Source: Alphaproteobacteria bacterium (GTDB lineage: Bacteria; Pseudomonadota; Alphaproteobacteria; CADEGL01). Taken from it: 64,000 nucleotides of DNA. Made by a program: the position numbers and the translations under genes. Below, in pieces: positions 10,077 to 19,174 of this stretch (its first letter is position 1; the number at the start of each line of letters is the position of its first letter). Under the pieces are notes generated by a model. It ran no database searches, had not been told where the DNA came from, and worked only from the letters and a program-made list of their open reading frames with translations. Where the stretch lies: positions 95,300 to 159,299 of the forward strand of contig CAXXKO010000016.1 of the NCBI GenBank assembly GCA_963666705.2. The letters run 5' to 3'.

Positions 10077-11657
10077 TCATGGCCCGATGTCCGCGCCGAT
10101 TCGGTGATGGCGCGCGAGGTAGGCGTGATAGGCCGCGACCTCGGCATCGATGCGGGCCTCGTCCCAGCCCAGGATGTCGGCCACGGTCTCGGCCGCCTTG
10201 CGGGCACCCTCGCGGGCCATGGTCTCGGTCCAGCCCGCACCCACCCGCCGGAACAGGAGGTCGGCCAGACTCGCCGGCTGTTCGTGCTCGGCCGCGTGGC
10301 GCAGGTCCGCGAGGGTGGCCCCGGCCCAGTGGTTGAGCAGGGCGGGCGAGACTTCGTCCGCGGGCGCGGTCTTGGCGGCGTAGGAGATGTCCTGGCGCGG
10401 CCCCGAGGGCGCGACGCGCGCCGCGACCGCCAGGCACAGCGCCCGGCCCACCTGGCGGTAATACATGATGGGTGTCGAGGTCTGGGCGAAGGCACCCGGC
10501 AGGCCGTCCGCCGCGAGGTCGTGGAAGGTGGGGTCGCGGAGGCCCATGGATTCGACCGGATCGTAGGTGAGCGGGCGCACCCCGGCCCAGGCGTACAGCA
10601 CGTCCTCGCGGCCGATGCCCGCCGCGGGCAGCCAGTGGCCGACCTCGGCCAGGAGCTGCTCGATCTCCGTCTCGGTCGGGCGCACATCGTCCTCGTCCCC
10701 GTCGTGGGGCGTGTCGGTCGGCCCCACGTAATGCATGCCGCGCCAGGGCAAGAGGTAGAAGGGCCCGCGGTCGCCCGTATGGATGCCGAGGCCGTGGCCC
10801 TCGCAGCCGGGTGGCAGCCGGAACATGATGTGCGTGCCCTTCGTCCCCCTGACCTTGCGCCCCGCGCGGTCGCTTCCGAGCCGGTTGACCCGGTCGGTCC
10901 ACATGCCGGTGGTGTTGAGCACCCACTTCGCCCGCACCGTGGCGACGGCCGCCGCCTCCAGCGCATCGCCGAGGGTGATGCGCCAATCGCGGCCCTCGCG
11001 CGCGAGGCCGGTGACCGGGGTGTAGTTGCGGGCCGCGGCCCCCATGCGCTCGGCGTCGAGCACGCTGTCCATGACGATGCGCTCGGCCCATTCGTATTGG
11101 AATTCGCGGAAGGTGTGGGTGCTGCTCACCCGATCGGGCTCGCGCAGCAATCGGAGGAGCGGCACTTCCGCCGCCTCGCGCCGCGAAAGCCGCCGCCCCT
11201 CGAGCGGCAGCCCGCCGCGCGGGCCGAGCGCCGAAAGCAGCTTGAGCCCGGCCCCCACGTGCCAGGGCCGGTAGGGGCCGCCCTCGTAGTTCACCAGGCA
11301 GAACGTGAAGTCGCGGACGCGCTCGGGCATGGTGGTGGCGATCTCGTGCCGCGCGGCAATGGCGCCGCGCGCCCGGCCCAGGTTGTGCAGGTACCGGCGC
11401 GGGTGGAGCACGGGATCCCACATGGTGGGGTTGCGGTAGGCGAGGCCCTCGCCCGGCTCCAAATACCGCAAGCCGCAATGGAGCAGCCGGCTCGACCGGC
11501 TGCTGGAGCCGCCGCCGAAGTCGCCCTTGTCGACGATGAGCACCCCATAGCCCGCCGCCGCCAGGTGATGGGCCGCGCCCGCGCCGATGGCGCCGGCACC
11601 GATCACCGCCACGTCGAAATCGCGCCCCTCGAGCGCCGAGAGCGCCAGGCGCGGCAT
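10077..11657 (-). CDS. GlpD-like FAD-dependent oxidoreductase (paralog 2)
   Basis: Same motif set (GAGAIG, SSRSSRLLHCGLRYL, AWAGVRPL); start at MPRLALSALEG chosen by alignment with the paralogs. Confidence 0.85.
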   Translation of the reverse strand: MPRLALSALEGRDFDVAVIGAGAIGAGAAHHLAAAGYGVLIVDKGDFGGGSSSRSSRLLHCGLRYLEPGEGLAYRNPTMWDPVLHPRRYLHNLGRARGAIAARHEIATTMPERVRDFTFCLVNYEGGPYRPWHVGAGLKLLSALGPRGGLPLEGRRLSRREAAEVPLLRLLREPDRVSSTHTFREFQYEWAERIVMDSVLDAERMGAAARNYTPVTGLAREGRDWRITLGDALEAAAVATVRAKWVLNTTGMWTDRVNRLGSDRAGRKVRGTKGTHIMFRLPPGCEGHGLGIHTGDRGPFYLLPWRGMHYVGPTDTPHDGDEDDVRPTETEIEQLLAEVGHWLPAAGIGREDVLYAWAGVRPLTYDPVESMGLRDPTFHDLAADGLPGAFAQTSTPIMYYRQVGRALCLAVAARVAPSGPRQDISYAAKTAPADEVSPALLNHWAGATLADLRHAAEHEQPASLADLLFRRVGAGWTETMAREGARKAAETVADILGWDEARIDAEVAAYHAYLARHHRIGADIGP

Positions 11658-11658
11658 C

Positions 11659-13248
11659 TCATTCCCCTCCCAGAACCCGCCGGTCACCGCCATGGAGGCC
11701 ATCCGGGCCGACCCGGTGATTGCGGGCGAGATACGCTTCGTACCTCTCGACCTCTCGCGCCACGCGCGCTTCGTCCCAGCCCATGGGCGCCGCCACCTCC
11801 TCGGCCGCGCGGCGGGCGGCCTCGCGGGCCATGGTCTCGGTCCAGCCCGCGCCCACCCGGCGGAACAGGATGTCGATCAGGTCCGTGCAGTGCTCGTGCT
11901 CGGCCACGTGGCGCAGGTCCGAGAGCTTGACCTCGGTGAAGTGGTCGAGCAGTGGCGGCGAGTTCTGGTTCTCGGGCAAGCGCCGCGCCTCGTAGGAGAT
12001 CGCCTGGGGCTCGCCCGAGGGCTCGATGCGCTTGGCGACGGCGTCGCGCAGCTCCATCCCGGCCGAGCGGTGGGTCATGACCGGCCCCGCTGTCAGGGCG
12101 AGGACGCCCGGCATGCCCTCGCGCGCCATGTCGTGGACCTGGCGCCGCCGCGCGCCCTTGGGCTCGGCTGGGTCGTAGGTGAGCGGGCGCACCCCGGCCC
12201 AGGCGAAGAGCACGTCCTGGCGCTGGAAGCCGAGGCCCGGCATGAGGTGGTTGACCTCACCGATGAGCCAGTCGATCTCCTCGTCCTCGGGCCGGACATC
12301 GTCGATATCGCCCTCATAGACCGTCTCGGTGGGCCCGAAATAATGCAAATCGCGCCAGGGGAAGCAGTAGAGGTGCTCGCCCTCCCGGTTGTGGCCCATG
12401 ACACCCTGGCCCTTGCACCGGGGCGCTAGACGCACGGCCAGGTGGATACCCTTGGTGCCGAGGATTTTGCGCCCGGCCCCGTCACCTGCCATGGCATTGA
12501 CGCGATCGATCCAGATGCCGGCCATGTTGAGGACCATGCGGGCCCGGATCGAGGCCGTCCCCTCCTCACCGAGCCCGTCGGCGAGGTCGAGGCGCCAGCG
12601 CCCGTCCCCCTCCCGCGCCATGCCGGTGACGGTGGTGTAGTTGCGCGCCGTCGCCCCCATGCGCTCGGCGTCGAGCACCGTGTCCATGGCGATGCGCTCG
12701 GGCCAATGGAACTGGTACTCGTGATAGCGGCCGGCGGCCACCAGGCGCTCGGGCTCGCGCATCCATTCGAGGAGCGGGAGCTTGAGCGCCGCCGCGGGCG
12801 TCAGCATCTCGAAGTCGAGCGGCAGGTCGCCCGGCCCCAGCATCTCCAGCATCTTGAAGGCGAGGCGCACCTGCCAGGGCCGGTAGGGGTCGCCCTCATA
12901 GATGGGAAAGCTGAAGGTGAGGTTCCGCGCCCGCTCGGGCGTGGTGTTGACGAACTGGCTGCGCGTCGCCATGGCGGCCTTGGCCATGCCGAGCGCGGTC
13001 AGGAGCTGGCCCGGGTGGCGCACGAATTCCCAGATCGAGTCGCCGGGGGCGAGATAGCGGATACCGCCGCTCAGCATGCGGCTCGAGCGGCTCGACGAGC
13101 CCGACGCGTAATCGCCCTTGTCCGCGAGGAAGACGGAATAGCCGGCGGCGGCGAGATGCTGCGCCGCGCCGCAGCCGTTGAGCCCCGCGCCGACCACCGC
13201 CACGTCGAATTCGCGGCCGTCGAGCGCACCAAGAGGTTCGCGCGCCAT
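11659..13248 (-). CDS. GlpD-like FAD-dependent oxidoreductase (paralog 1)
   Basis: GAGLNG, SSRSSRMLSGGIRYL, AWAGVRPL; start at MAREPLGALDG. Confidence 0.85.
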   Translation of the reverse strand: MAREPLGALDGREFDVAVVGAGLNGCGAAQHLAAAGYSVFLADKGDYASGSSSRSSRMLSGGIRYLAPGDSIWEFVRHPGQLLTALGMAKAAMATRSQFVNTTPERARNLTFSFPIYEGDPYRPWQVRLAFKMLEMLGPGDLPLDFEMLTPAAALKLPLLEWMREPERLVAAGRYHEYQFHWPERIAMDTVLDAERMGATARNYTTVTGMAREGDGRWRLDLADGLGEEGTASIRARMVLNMAGIWIDRVNAMAGDGAGRKILGTKGIHLAVRLAPRCKGQGVMGHNREGEHLYCFPWRDLHYFGPTETVYEGDIDDVRPEDEEIDWLIGEVNHLMPGLGFQRQDVLFAWAGVRPLTYDPAEPKGARRRQVHDMAREGMPGVLALTAGPVMTHRSAGMELRDAVAKRIEPSGEPQAISYEARRLPENQNSPPLLDHFTEVKLSDLRHVAEHEHCTDLIDILFRRVGAGWTETMAREAARRAAEEVAAPMGWDEARVAREVERYEAYLARNHRVGPDGLHGGDRRVLGGE

Positions 13249-13367
13249 GTTGCCCCCCGAAAGTCGCTTCACCCGGTGAGCCTAGTGTGCCGTCCCAAGA
13301 ATATATAGCCCCTAGGACGGCCCGCCGGGGATTGCCGCCGGGGGCCGCTTCGGCGAAGCTAGGCGCC

Positions 13368-13790
13368 ATGCAGGGAGGAGGCTCACACATTGCCCGGGCG
13401 GGGGCGCTGTTGGCGCACGAGTCGTTCTACAAGGCCTTCGCAACCCGCGACATCGAGGCCAAGGACGCGATCTGGGCGCGCGAATGCGGCGTCACCTGCA
13501 TCCATCCGCGATGGCCGCCCCTGTTCGATCGCCGTCAGATCATGGAGAGCTGGGTGGCGATCTTCGAGAGCTCCGACGAATTCCACATCAGGCCCCACGA
13601 CCCGCGCTACCACTCCAACGACGGGTGGCTCAACGTCATCTGTTTCGAGGAGCTCGGCGAGATGTGGCTGGCGGCCACCAACATCTATGTCTGGGAGGAA
13701 GGCGTGCTGAAGATCGCCCACCACCAAGCCGGCCCGACCTCCGGCGAGCCCCCGGTGGGCGCGCCGCCCGACTCCGACATGGTGCATTAG
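13368..13790 (+). CDS. NTF2/SnoaL-like protein
   Basis: HESFYKAFATRDIEA...W, CIHPRWPPL...IMESW, ATNIY, HHQA; start uncertain. Confidence 0.75.
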   Translation: MQGGGSHIARAGALLAHESFYKAFATRDIEAKDAIWARECGVTCIHPRWPPLFDRRQIMESWVAIFESSDEFHIRPHDPRYHSNDGWLNVICFEELGEMWLAATNIYVWEEGVLKIAHHQAGPTSGEPPVGAPPDSDMVH

Positions 13791-13810
13791 CAAGAGGGAA
13801 TACCTGTCAC

Positions 13811-14773
13811 ATGAGCAGACCCGAACCGGGTGAGGTCAGTCGCGTCGCCGTCATCGGCACCGGCACCATCGGCGCGAGCTGGGCCGGCTACTTCCTGGCC
13901 CGCGGCATGAGCGTGGCGGCCACCGACCCGGCACCCAACGCCGAGGAGCGCCTGTTCGCCTATGTCGACCGCGCCTGGCCCGTGCTCGAGGAGCTCGGCC
14001 TGGTGGTGGACGGCGCCGCCATCGATCGTCTGGTCTTCGAGCCCTCGGTCCGGAAGGCGGTGCGGGCGGCCGAGTTCGTGCAGGAGAACGGCCCGGAGCT
14101 CGAGGACGCCAAGACCGATCTGATCGCCGAGATCGACGCCGCCTGCCCGCGCGACACCGTCATCGCCTCCAGCACCTCGGCCCTGCTCATGACGCCGCTC
14201 CAGTCCAAGTGCCGGCACCCGGAGCGCTGCGTCCTCGCGCACCCCTTCAACCCACCGCACCTGATCCCCCTGGTCGAGCTCTCCGGCGGCAAGGCGACGG
14301 ACCCAGCGGTGCTCGACTGGGCGCACGCTTTCTACGAGGGAATCGGGCGCTCGCCCATCCGGTTGGGGCGCGAGGTCTTCGGCCACGTCGCCAACCGCCT
14401 GCAGTACGTGGTGTGGAACGAGGCCGTGCGGCTGGTGCTGGACGGGGTGGCCAGCGTCGCCGACGTGGAACGCGCGATGCGCGACGGCCCCGGCCTGCGC
14501 TGGGCGTTCATGGGGCCGTTCGGCACCCTCAACCTGACGGGCGGCGAGGGCGGGCTCGCGCGGACCTTCGAGATGTTCCGCGCCCGCGACCGTGGCAATA
14601 CCGACCGCGCCGCGCGCCGCACGCTCACGCCCGAGCAGGAGCAGGTGATGATCGACGGCATCGACGAGGCGAACGGTGGCCGGGATATCGCCGAGATCAT
14701 CCGCGCCCGGGACGCACGCCTCGTCGGCCTCCTCAAGATGCGTGCGGCCTTGGATGCGGAGGATGCCGGCTAA
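13811..14773 (+). CDS. 3-hydroxyacyl-CoA dehydrogenase family (L-carnitine dehydrogenase-like)
   Basis: GTGTIGASW, VQENGPE, SSTS, HPFNPPHLIPLVE, GHVANRLQ, GPGLRWA. Confidence 0.85.
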   Translation: MSRPEPGEVSRVAVIGTGTIGASWAGYFLARGMSVAATDPAPNAEERLFAYVDRAWPVLEELGLVVDGAAIDRLVFEPSVRKAVRAAEFVQENGPELEDAKTDLIAEIDAACPRDTVIASSTSALLMTPLQSKCRHPERCVLAHPFNPPHLIPLVELSGGKATDPAVLDWAHAFYEGIGRSPIRLGREVFGHVANRLQYVVWNEAVRLVLDGVASVADVERAMRDGPGLRWAFMGPFGTLNLTGGEGGLARTFEMFRARDRGNTDRAARRTLTPEQEQVMIDGIDEANGGRDIAEIIRARDARLVGLLKMRAALDAEDAG

Positions 14774-14917
14774 TACCAGCGGCCGATGAGCTCGACTCAT
14801 CGACCGCTGGCAAGCGCGACCGCGCGCCCGAGCTTATGCGAGGTAAGCCAAGGCCGCGGACGCGGCCGCCCGGCGTCTGAGGGAACATGCAACGGGTCAT
14901 TCTTATGGGCCGTTGGT
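14773..14917 (+). repeat. MITE family 1, copy A (ATACCAGCGGCC...GGCCGTTGGT|AT), right end interrupted by IS110
   Basis: Aligns with 40912-41172; terminal inverted repeats; 5' hairpin CCAGCGGCCGATGAG/CTCATCGACCGCTGG; last 2 nt displaced to 16299-16300. Confidence 0.8.
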
Positions 14918-14944
14918 TGTCTAATTCCGGTTCGTTGGTCAAGC

Positions 14945-15140
14945 CCTTCCGGACCCTTGTCTCCACCGGGAACACGGTTGTCTGCGAAGTCTTCCCCGGC
15001 GGGTCCGCCGGGTCGCTTCATGATAGTGCCCTTTGGCTTCGGCCTCCCAAGGTATTAGACGCAATCGCGAACGGCTGTCCGCCTTGCAGCCAAGCGAGCG
15101 GGATCGCCTCGGCCATCGTCCCGGCGGGGACGGGTCTTCC
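14945..15140 (-). ncRNA. Putative bridge/seek RNA of the IS1111-type element (boundaries approximate)
   Basis: About 255-nt non-coding region downstream of the recombinase; 5' hairpin CGTCCCCGCCGGGACG; guide-like matches to target (15070-15075, 15051-15057) and donor (15023-15028, 14977-14983). Confidence 0.7.
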
Positions 15141-15174
15141 GCTTCTCGCGGAGCTCTCTCTTCTCCTTATCCAG

Positions 15175-16209
15175 CTATGCCGTGGCGCTCGCCTCCTTTT
15201 CCGGCCAGCGGAAGGCTTCGCCGGTGATCAGCATCCGGTGCAGGATCACCGCCAGCCGGCGCGCCAGCGCCACGCAGGCCTTCTTGTGGCTGGTCCGCCT
15301 CTTGATCCGGCGCGCCCAGTCCTTCAGCGGGTGGGCCCGGCGCACCACCGTCAGCAGGCTGTTGGCGGCCTCGTAGAGCAGCGCCCGCAGCATGGCGTCG
15401 CCGTGTTTCGAGATGCGCCCCGAATAGTCCATCCCACCCGACTGCCAGCGCCGCGACGTGAGCCCCACATAGGCCCCCACCGCGCGCGATTTGGCGAACC
15501 GCTCCGCTTCGCCAATGGTCGCCACATAGGCCAGCGCCGTCACCGGCCCCACCCCCGGTGTGCTCATCAGCAAACGGCAGGCCGGAGAGCCTTTCGCCCG
15601 CCCCACGACCGCCTCGTCCAGCCGCCCGATCTCGCGGCCCAGCGCCGCCGCCGCGGACAGAAGCGGCTCGATCATCACCTTCAGCTCGGGACGCCCCTCC
15701 AACGCCTCGCGGACGCGTCCGGCCAGCTTGCCCGAGCCCTTGGGAAAGCGAAGGCCCAACGACCCCAACAGGCCACGGATCGCGTTCTCCGTATCGCGCC
15801 GCTGGCGCACCAGATGACAGCGCGCCTTGAGAAGTGCCCGCGCCTCTTGCGCCACCTCGATCTTCACCGCCACAGGGCGGCAGAACCCCGTGCGCGCGAT
15901 CTCCGCCAAGAGCTCGGCGTCGTTCGCATCCGTCTTGTTGTGCTGAAGACGCATCACAGCGTTCGCCTGGCGCGCGTCGATCACATCGACCGAGACCCCC
16001 AGCCGGCCCAGCTCCCGCGCCAGCCAGCCACTCAGCGTACCCGTCTCCAGAACGATACGGCCAGGGCACAGACAATGCTCCCGCAAAGCTGCGAACAGCG
16101 CCCCCGGATCGGTCGCAACCTTGCCGCGCGCCAATATCTTTCCCGCCACGTCCTTCACGCAAAACGCCGTCTCTTCCTTCGACACATCAAACCCAACATA
16201 CTCCGTCAT
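15175..16209 (-). CDS. IS110-family (DEDD) recombinase/transposase
   Basis: YVGFDVSK, VLETG, KTDANDA (DEDD tetrad); PGVGPVTA; YVGLT..RWQSG (catalytic Ser region); ALARRLAVILHRML. Confidence 0.93.
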   Translation of the reverse strand: MTEYVGFDVSKEETAFCVKDVAGKILARGKVATDPGALFAALREHCLCPGRIVLETGTLSGWLARELGRLGVSVDVIDARQANAVMRLQHNKTDANDAELLAEIARTGFCRPVAVKIEVAQEARALLKARCHLVRQRRDTENAIRGLLGSLGLRFPKGSGKLAGRVREALEGRPELKVMIEPLLSAAAALGREIGRLDEAVVGRAKGSPACRLLMSTPGVGPVTALAYVATIGEAERFAKSRAVGAYVGLTSRRWQSGGMDYSGRISKHGDAMLRALLYEAANSLLTVVRRAHPLKDWARRIKRRTSHKKACVALARRLAVILHRMLITGEAFRWPEKEASATA

Positions 16210-16294
16210 GGTCACTCTCCTTGGTTTGCCCACTGGGGCGCGTCCTCGCGACCCCGAATCATAGGCCCGGGAGAGTGACCACCGGAATTACGCT

Positions 16295-16744
16295 ATGTAT
16301 AAGGGTTGCATTCGCGCTTCGGTTTCGGGCGCGCTCGCGGCTCTGGCGGTGGCGGGAGCGGCGGCCGGACCTCTCGTCTGTGCCGGAGGGATGGGCGAGG
16401 GCCAGGCGGTCGTCTCGATCGAATTCCCCGGCCCGGCGCCGCTCGGAAGCTGGTGGGCGGCGGTGGCCGAGCCCGCGGCCCCGCGCTACCGCTACACCGT
16501 GCTCGGCATGTGCGGTGAGTTGGCCATGCCCGAGCCATGCCCGGTGGAGATGGTGTTCGACGCCGTCGGCTATCGCGGCATGGCGCTTGCGCCCAGCGCG
16601 GAAGCGGCAGCCGCGGCGGCGGAGCGCAACTGCCATACCGCGATCGAAAAGGACTACGGCGGCCTGCGGAACGAGTTCGCGGTAACGCCACGCTGCGAAG
16701 TTCGTCAGGTGGTTCGGTGCGACCCCGGATCGGCCGCCGATTGA
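16295..16744 (+). CDS. Hypothetical, probably exported Cys-containing protein
   Basis: Hydrophobic Ala-rich N-terminus and several Cys; the ATG lies within the IS end, so the start is uncertain. Confidence 0.45.
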   Translation: MYKGCIRASVSGALAALAVAGAAAGPLVCAGGMGEGQAVVSIEFPGPAPLGSWWAAVAEPAAPRYRYTVLGMCGELAMPEPCPVEMVFDAVGYRGMALAPSAEAAAAAAERNCHTAIEKDYGGLRNEFAVTPRCEVRQVVRCDPGSAAD

Positions 16745-16967
16745 AGGGGGAACCGGCCGGTCATTTCCGTCCTCCGGCGACACGCCCTTCCTCCTTGGGC
16801 ATTGACCGGTTTGGGCGCCGGGACCAGGAGGATCGCCCTCGCGCCGGGCCACCGCTACACTCTTGCCCAACCATTCGCACGACGCCCTGGAGGCGACGGG
16901 AGCCGATGACCAAGCTTCACAATTGCGGCGCCACGCGCGGGCGTGACCGCCGCCCGCCGCGCGCGCG

Positions 16968-18788
16968 ATGACCTACGCCCAGATCGTCGTCCTGGCGCTG
17001 GTGCCGGCCCTGTTCGTCTTCTTCGTCTGGGGGCGCTGGCGCTACGACGTGGTCGCCTTCGTCGCCCTCCTGGTCGCCGTGGTCCTCGGCGTGGTGCCGG
17101 CGGCGGGCGCCTTCGCTGGCTTCGGGCACCCCGCGACCATCACCGTGGCCGCCGTCCTGGTGGTGAGCCGCGCGCTTTCGAACGCCGGCGCCATCGATTT
17201 GGTGGCGCGCACCCTGCGCCCCGCGGCGCGCACGGTGACGAGTCACGTGGCCGCGCTCTCCGGCGCGGCCGCGGCGCTTTCGGGCTTCATCAACAACGTG
17301 GGCGCCCTGGCCCTCTTCATGCCCGTGGCGATCGAGACCGCGCGCAAGGCCGGGCGCTCCCCCGCCACGGTGCTGATGCCCCTTTCCTTCGGCTCGATCC
17401 TGGGTGGCCTGGTGACGCTGATCGGCACGCCGCCCAACATCATCATCGCCGCCTATCGCGGCACCATCGGCGAAGAGCCCTTCGCCATGTTCGACTTCGC
17501 GCCCGTGGGCTTGCCCATCGCGGTCGTCGGCGTCGCCTTCGTGGCGCTCGTGGGCTGGCGCCTGATCCCATCCCAGCGCCGCGCGGCCCGGCCCGCGGAG
17601 GCCATGTTCGACATCGGCGACTATGTCGGCGAGGCGCGCGTGCCCGAGGACTCGAAGGCCGTGGGCAAGGCGGTCTTCGAGCTCGACGACGTGACCCATG
17701 AGACCGACGCCCTGATCGTCGGCCTGATCCGGGGCGCGAGGCGCATCCTCGCCGTGCGGCGCGAGCGTATCCAAGCCGGCGACCTACTGCTCATCGAGGC
17801 CGCGCCCGAGGCGCTCGGCAAGCTCTCGGCCGCCCTCGGCCTCGATCTCGTCGCCGACCCCGCGGATGAGGCGGGGGCGGACGGCGAGGCGGGGGGGAAG
17901 GCGGAGCCGCGCTCCATTAGCCTGCGCTCCGACGACGTCGCCGTCTCCGAGGCCGTGGTCGGCCCGCGCTCGCGCGTCGCCGGGCGCACGGCGGAGACCA
18001 TCCATTTCCGGCGCCGTTACGGCGCCAACCTGCTGGCCGTCTCGCGCGAGGGGCGGCCCTACCGGGACCGTCTGTCGAGCTTCCGCTTCGAGGTCGGGGA
18101 CGTGCTGCTGCTGCAAGGCGACGCCGAGCGCCTGCCCGGCATCATCGCGACCCTCGGCTGCCTGCCCCTGGCCGAGCGGCGCCTGCATGTCGGGCGCCCC
18201 CGGCAGGCGGGCATGGCGACCGGCATCTTCGCGGCCGCCATCCTCACCGCCGCCTTCGGGCTCGTCTCGTTCCCCGTGGCCCTGGCCCTGGCGGCGGCGG
18301 CCATGGTGGTCGCGAACATCGTGCCGGCGCGCGAGCTCTACGACGATATCGACTGGCCCGTGGTGGTGCTGCTGGGCGCCTTGATCCCCGTCGGAGGCGC
18401 GCTCGAGAGCACCGGCGCCACCGGGCTCGTCGCGGGCGCTATTCTGAGCCTCGCTGGCGACGCCTCCGCGGTCGTGGTGCTGACCCTCCTGATGGTCGTG
18501 ACCATGACCCTCTCGGATGTCATGAACAACGCCGCGACGGCGGTGGTCGCGGCCCCCATCGGCGTCGCCATCGCGGGCCAGCTCGGGGTCAGCCCCGATC
18601 CCTTCCTGATGGCGGTGGCGGTGGGCGCGTCCTGCGCCTTCCTGACCCCCATCGGGCACCAGAACAACACCCTCATCATGGGGCCGGGCGGCTACCGTTT
18701 CGGGGATTACTGGCGCGTCGGCCTGCCGCTCGAAATCATCATCGTCGCCATGGGCATCCCCCTCATCCTGTGGGCCTGGCCACTGTAA
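16968..18788 (+). CDS. SLC13-family permease with TrkA-C domains
   Basis: WRYDVVA, LSGFINNVGA, TLIGTPPNII, MNNAATA, FLTPIGHQNNTLIMGPGGYRFGDYWRVG. Confidence 0.92.
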   Translation: MTYAQIVVLALVPALFVFFVWGRWRYDVVAFVALLVAVVLGVVPAAGAFAGFGHPATITVAAVLVVSRALSNAGAIDLVARTLRPAARTVTSHVAALSGAAAALSGFINNVGALALFMPVAIETARKAGRSPATVLMPLSFGSILGGLVTLIGTPPNIIIAAYRGTIGEEPFAMFDFAPVGLPIAVVGVAFVALVGWRLIPSQRRAARPAEAMFDIGDYVGEARVPEDSKAVGKAVFELDDVTHETDALIVGLIRGARRILAVRRERIQAGDLLLIEAAPEALGKLSAALGLDLVADPADEAGADGEAGGKAEPRSISLRSDDVAVSEAVVGPRSRVAGRTAETIHFRRRYGANLLAVSREGRPYRDRLSSFRFEVGDVLLLQGDAERLPGIIATLGCLPLAERRLHVGRPRQAGMATGIFAAAILTAAFGLVSFPVALALAAAAMVVANIVPARELYDDIDWPVVVLLGALIPVGGALESTGATGLVAGAILSLAGDASAVVVLTLLMVVTMTLSDVMNNAATAVVAAPIGVAIAGQLGVSPDPFLMAVAVGASCAFLTPIGHQNNTLIMGPGGYRFGDYWRVGLPLEIIIVAMGIPLILWAWPL

Positions 18789-18811
18789 TCAGCGCGCCCC
18801 GCAGAATAGCG

Positions 18812-19174
18812 GCGGACCCGCTCCAGGCCGCAAGGCGGCCCGCCGGTCGTCCGGCGCGCCCGCGCAGGCGCGGACCTCTCGGTCCGCTGCCGCGAGCGAA
18901 ACAAACGCTAGAGCGGGTCCGTTCGAAGCGGACCCGCTCCAGGCCTCGAGGCGGCCCGCCGGTCGTCCGGCGCGCCCGCGCAGGCGCGGACCATTCGGTC
19001 CGCTGCCGCGAGCGACAAGATAGCGAGAGCGATTCCAGCTCGACTGGAACCGCTCCAGGCCTCGAGGCGGCCCGCCGGTCGTCCGGCGCGCCCGCGCGGG
19101 CGCGGACCTCTCGGTCCGCTGCCGCGAGCGAAACAAACGCTAGAGCGGGTCCGCTCGAAGCGGACCCGCTCTAG
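18812..19174. repeat. RIME-like repeat family, three tandem units of about 116 bp
   Basis: Repeated GGCGGCCCGCCGGTCGTCCGGCGCGCCCGCGC.GGCGCGGACC-N4-GGTCCGCTGCCGCGAGCGA separated by CTAGAGCG...CGCTC(C/T)AG hairpins. Confidence 0.85.

Larger units (their letters stand above)
14918..16298 (-). mobile_element. IS110-family element, IS1111 group
   Basis: Subterminal inverted repeats TAATTCCGG (14922-14930) / CCGGAATTA (16282-16290); GT dinucleotide at both junctions; removal restores the MITE end GGCCGTTGGTAT. Confidence 0.88.

Noticed and set aside
16906-16971. 21-codon ORF overlapping the SLC13 start
   Set aside because: No compositional bias or structure suggesting a leader peptide; cannot be supported without conservation data
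18812-19174. About 116-bp periodic hairpins as a CRISPR array
   Set aside because: The sequences between hairpins are near-identical and occur singly elsewhere; this is a mosaic repeat
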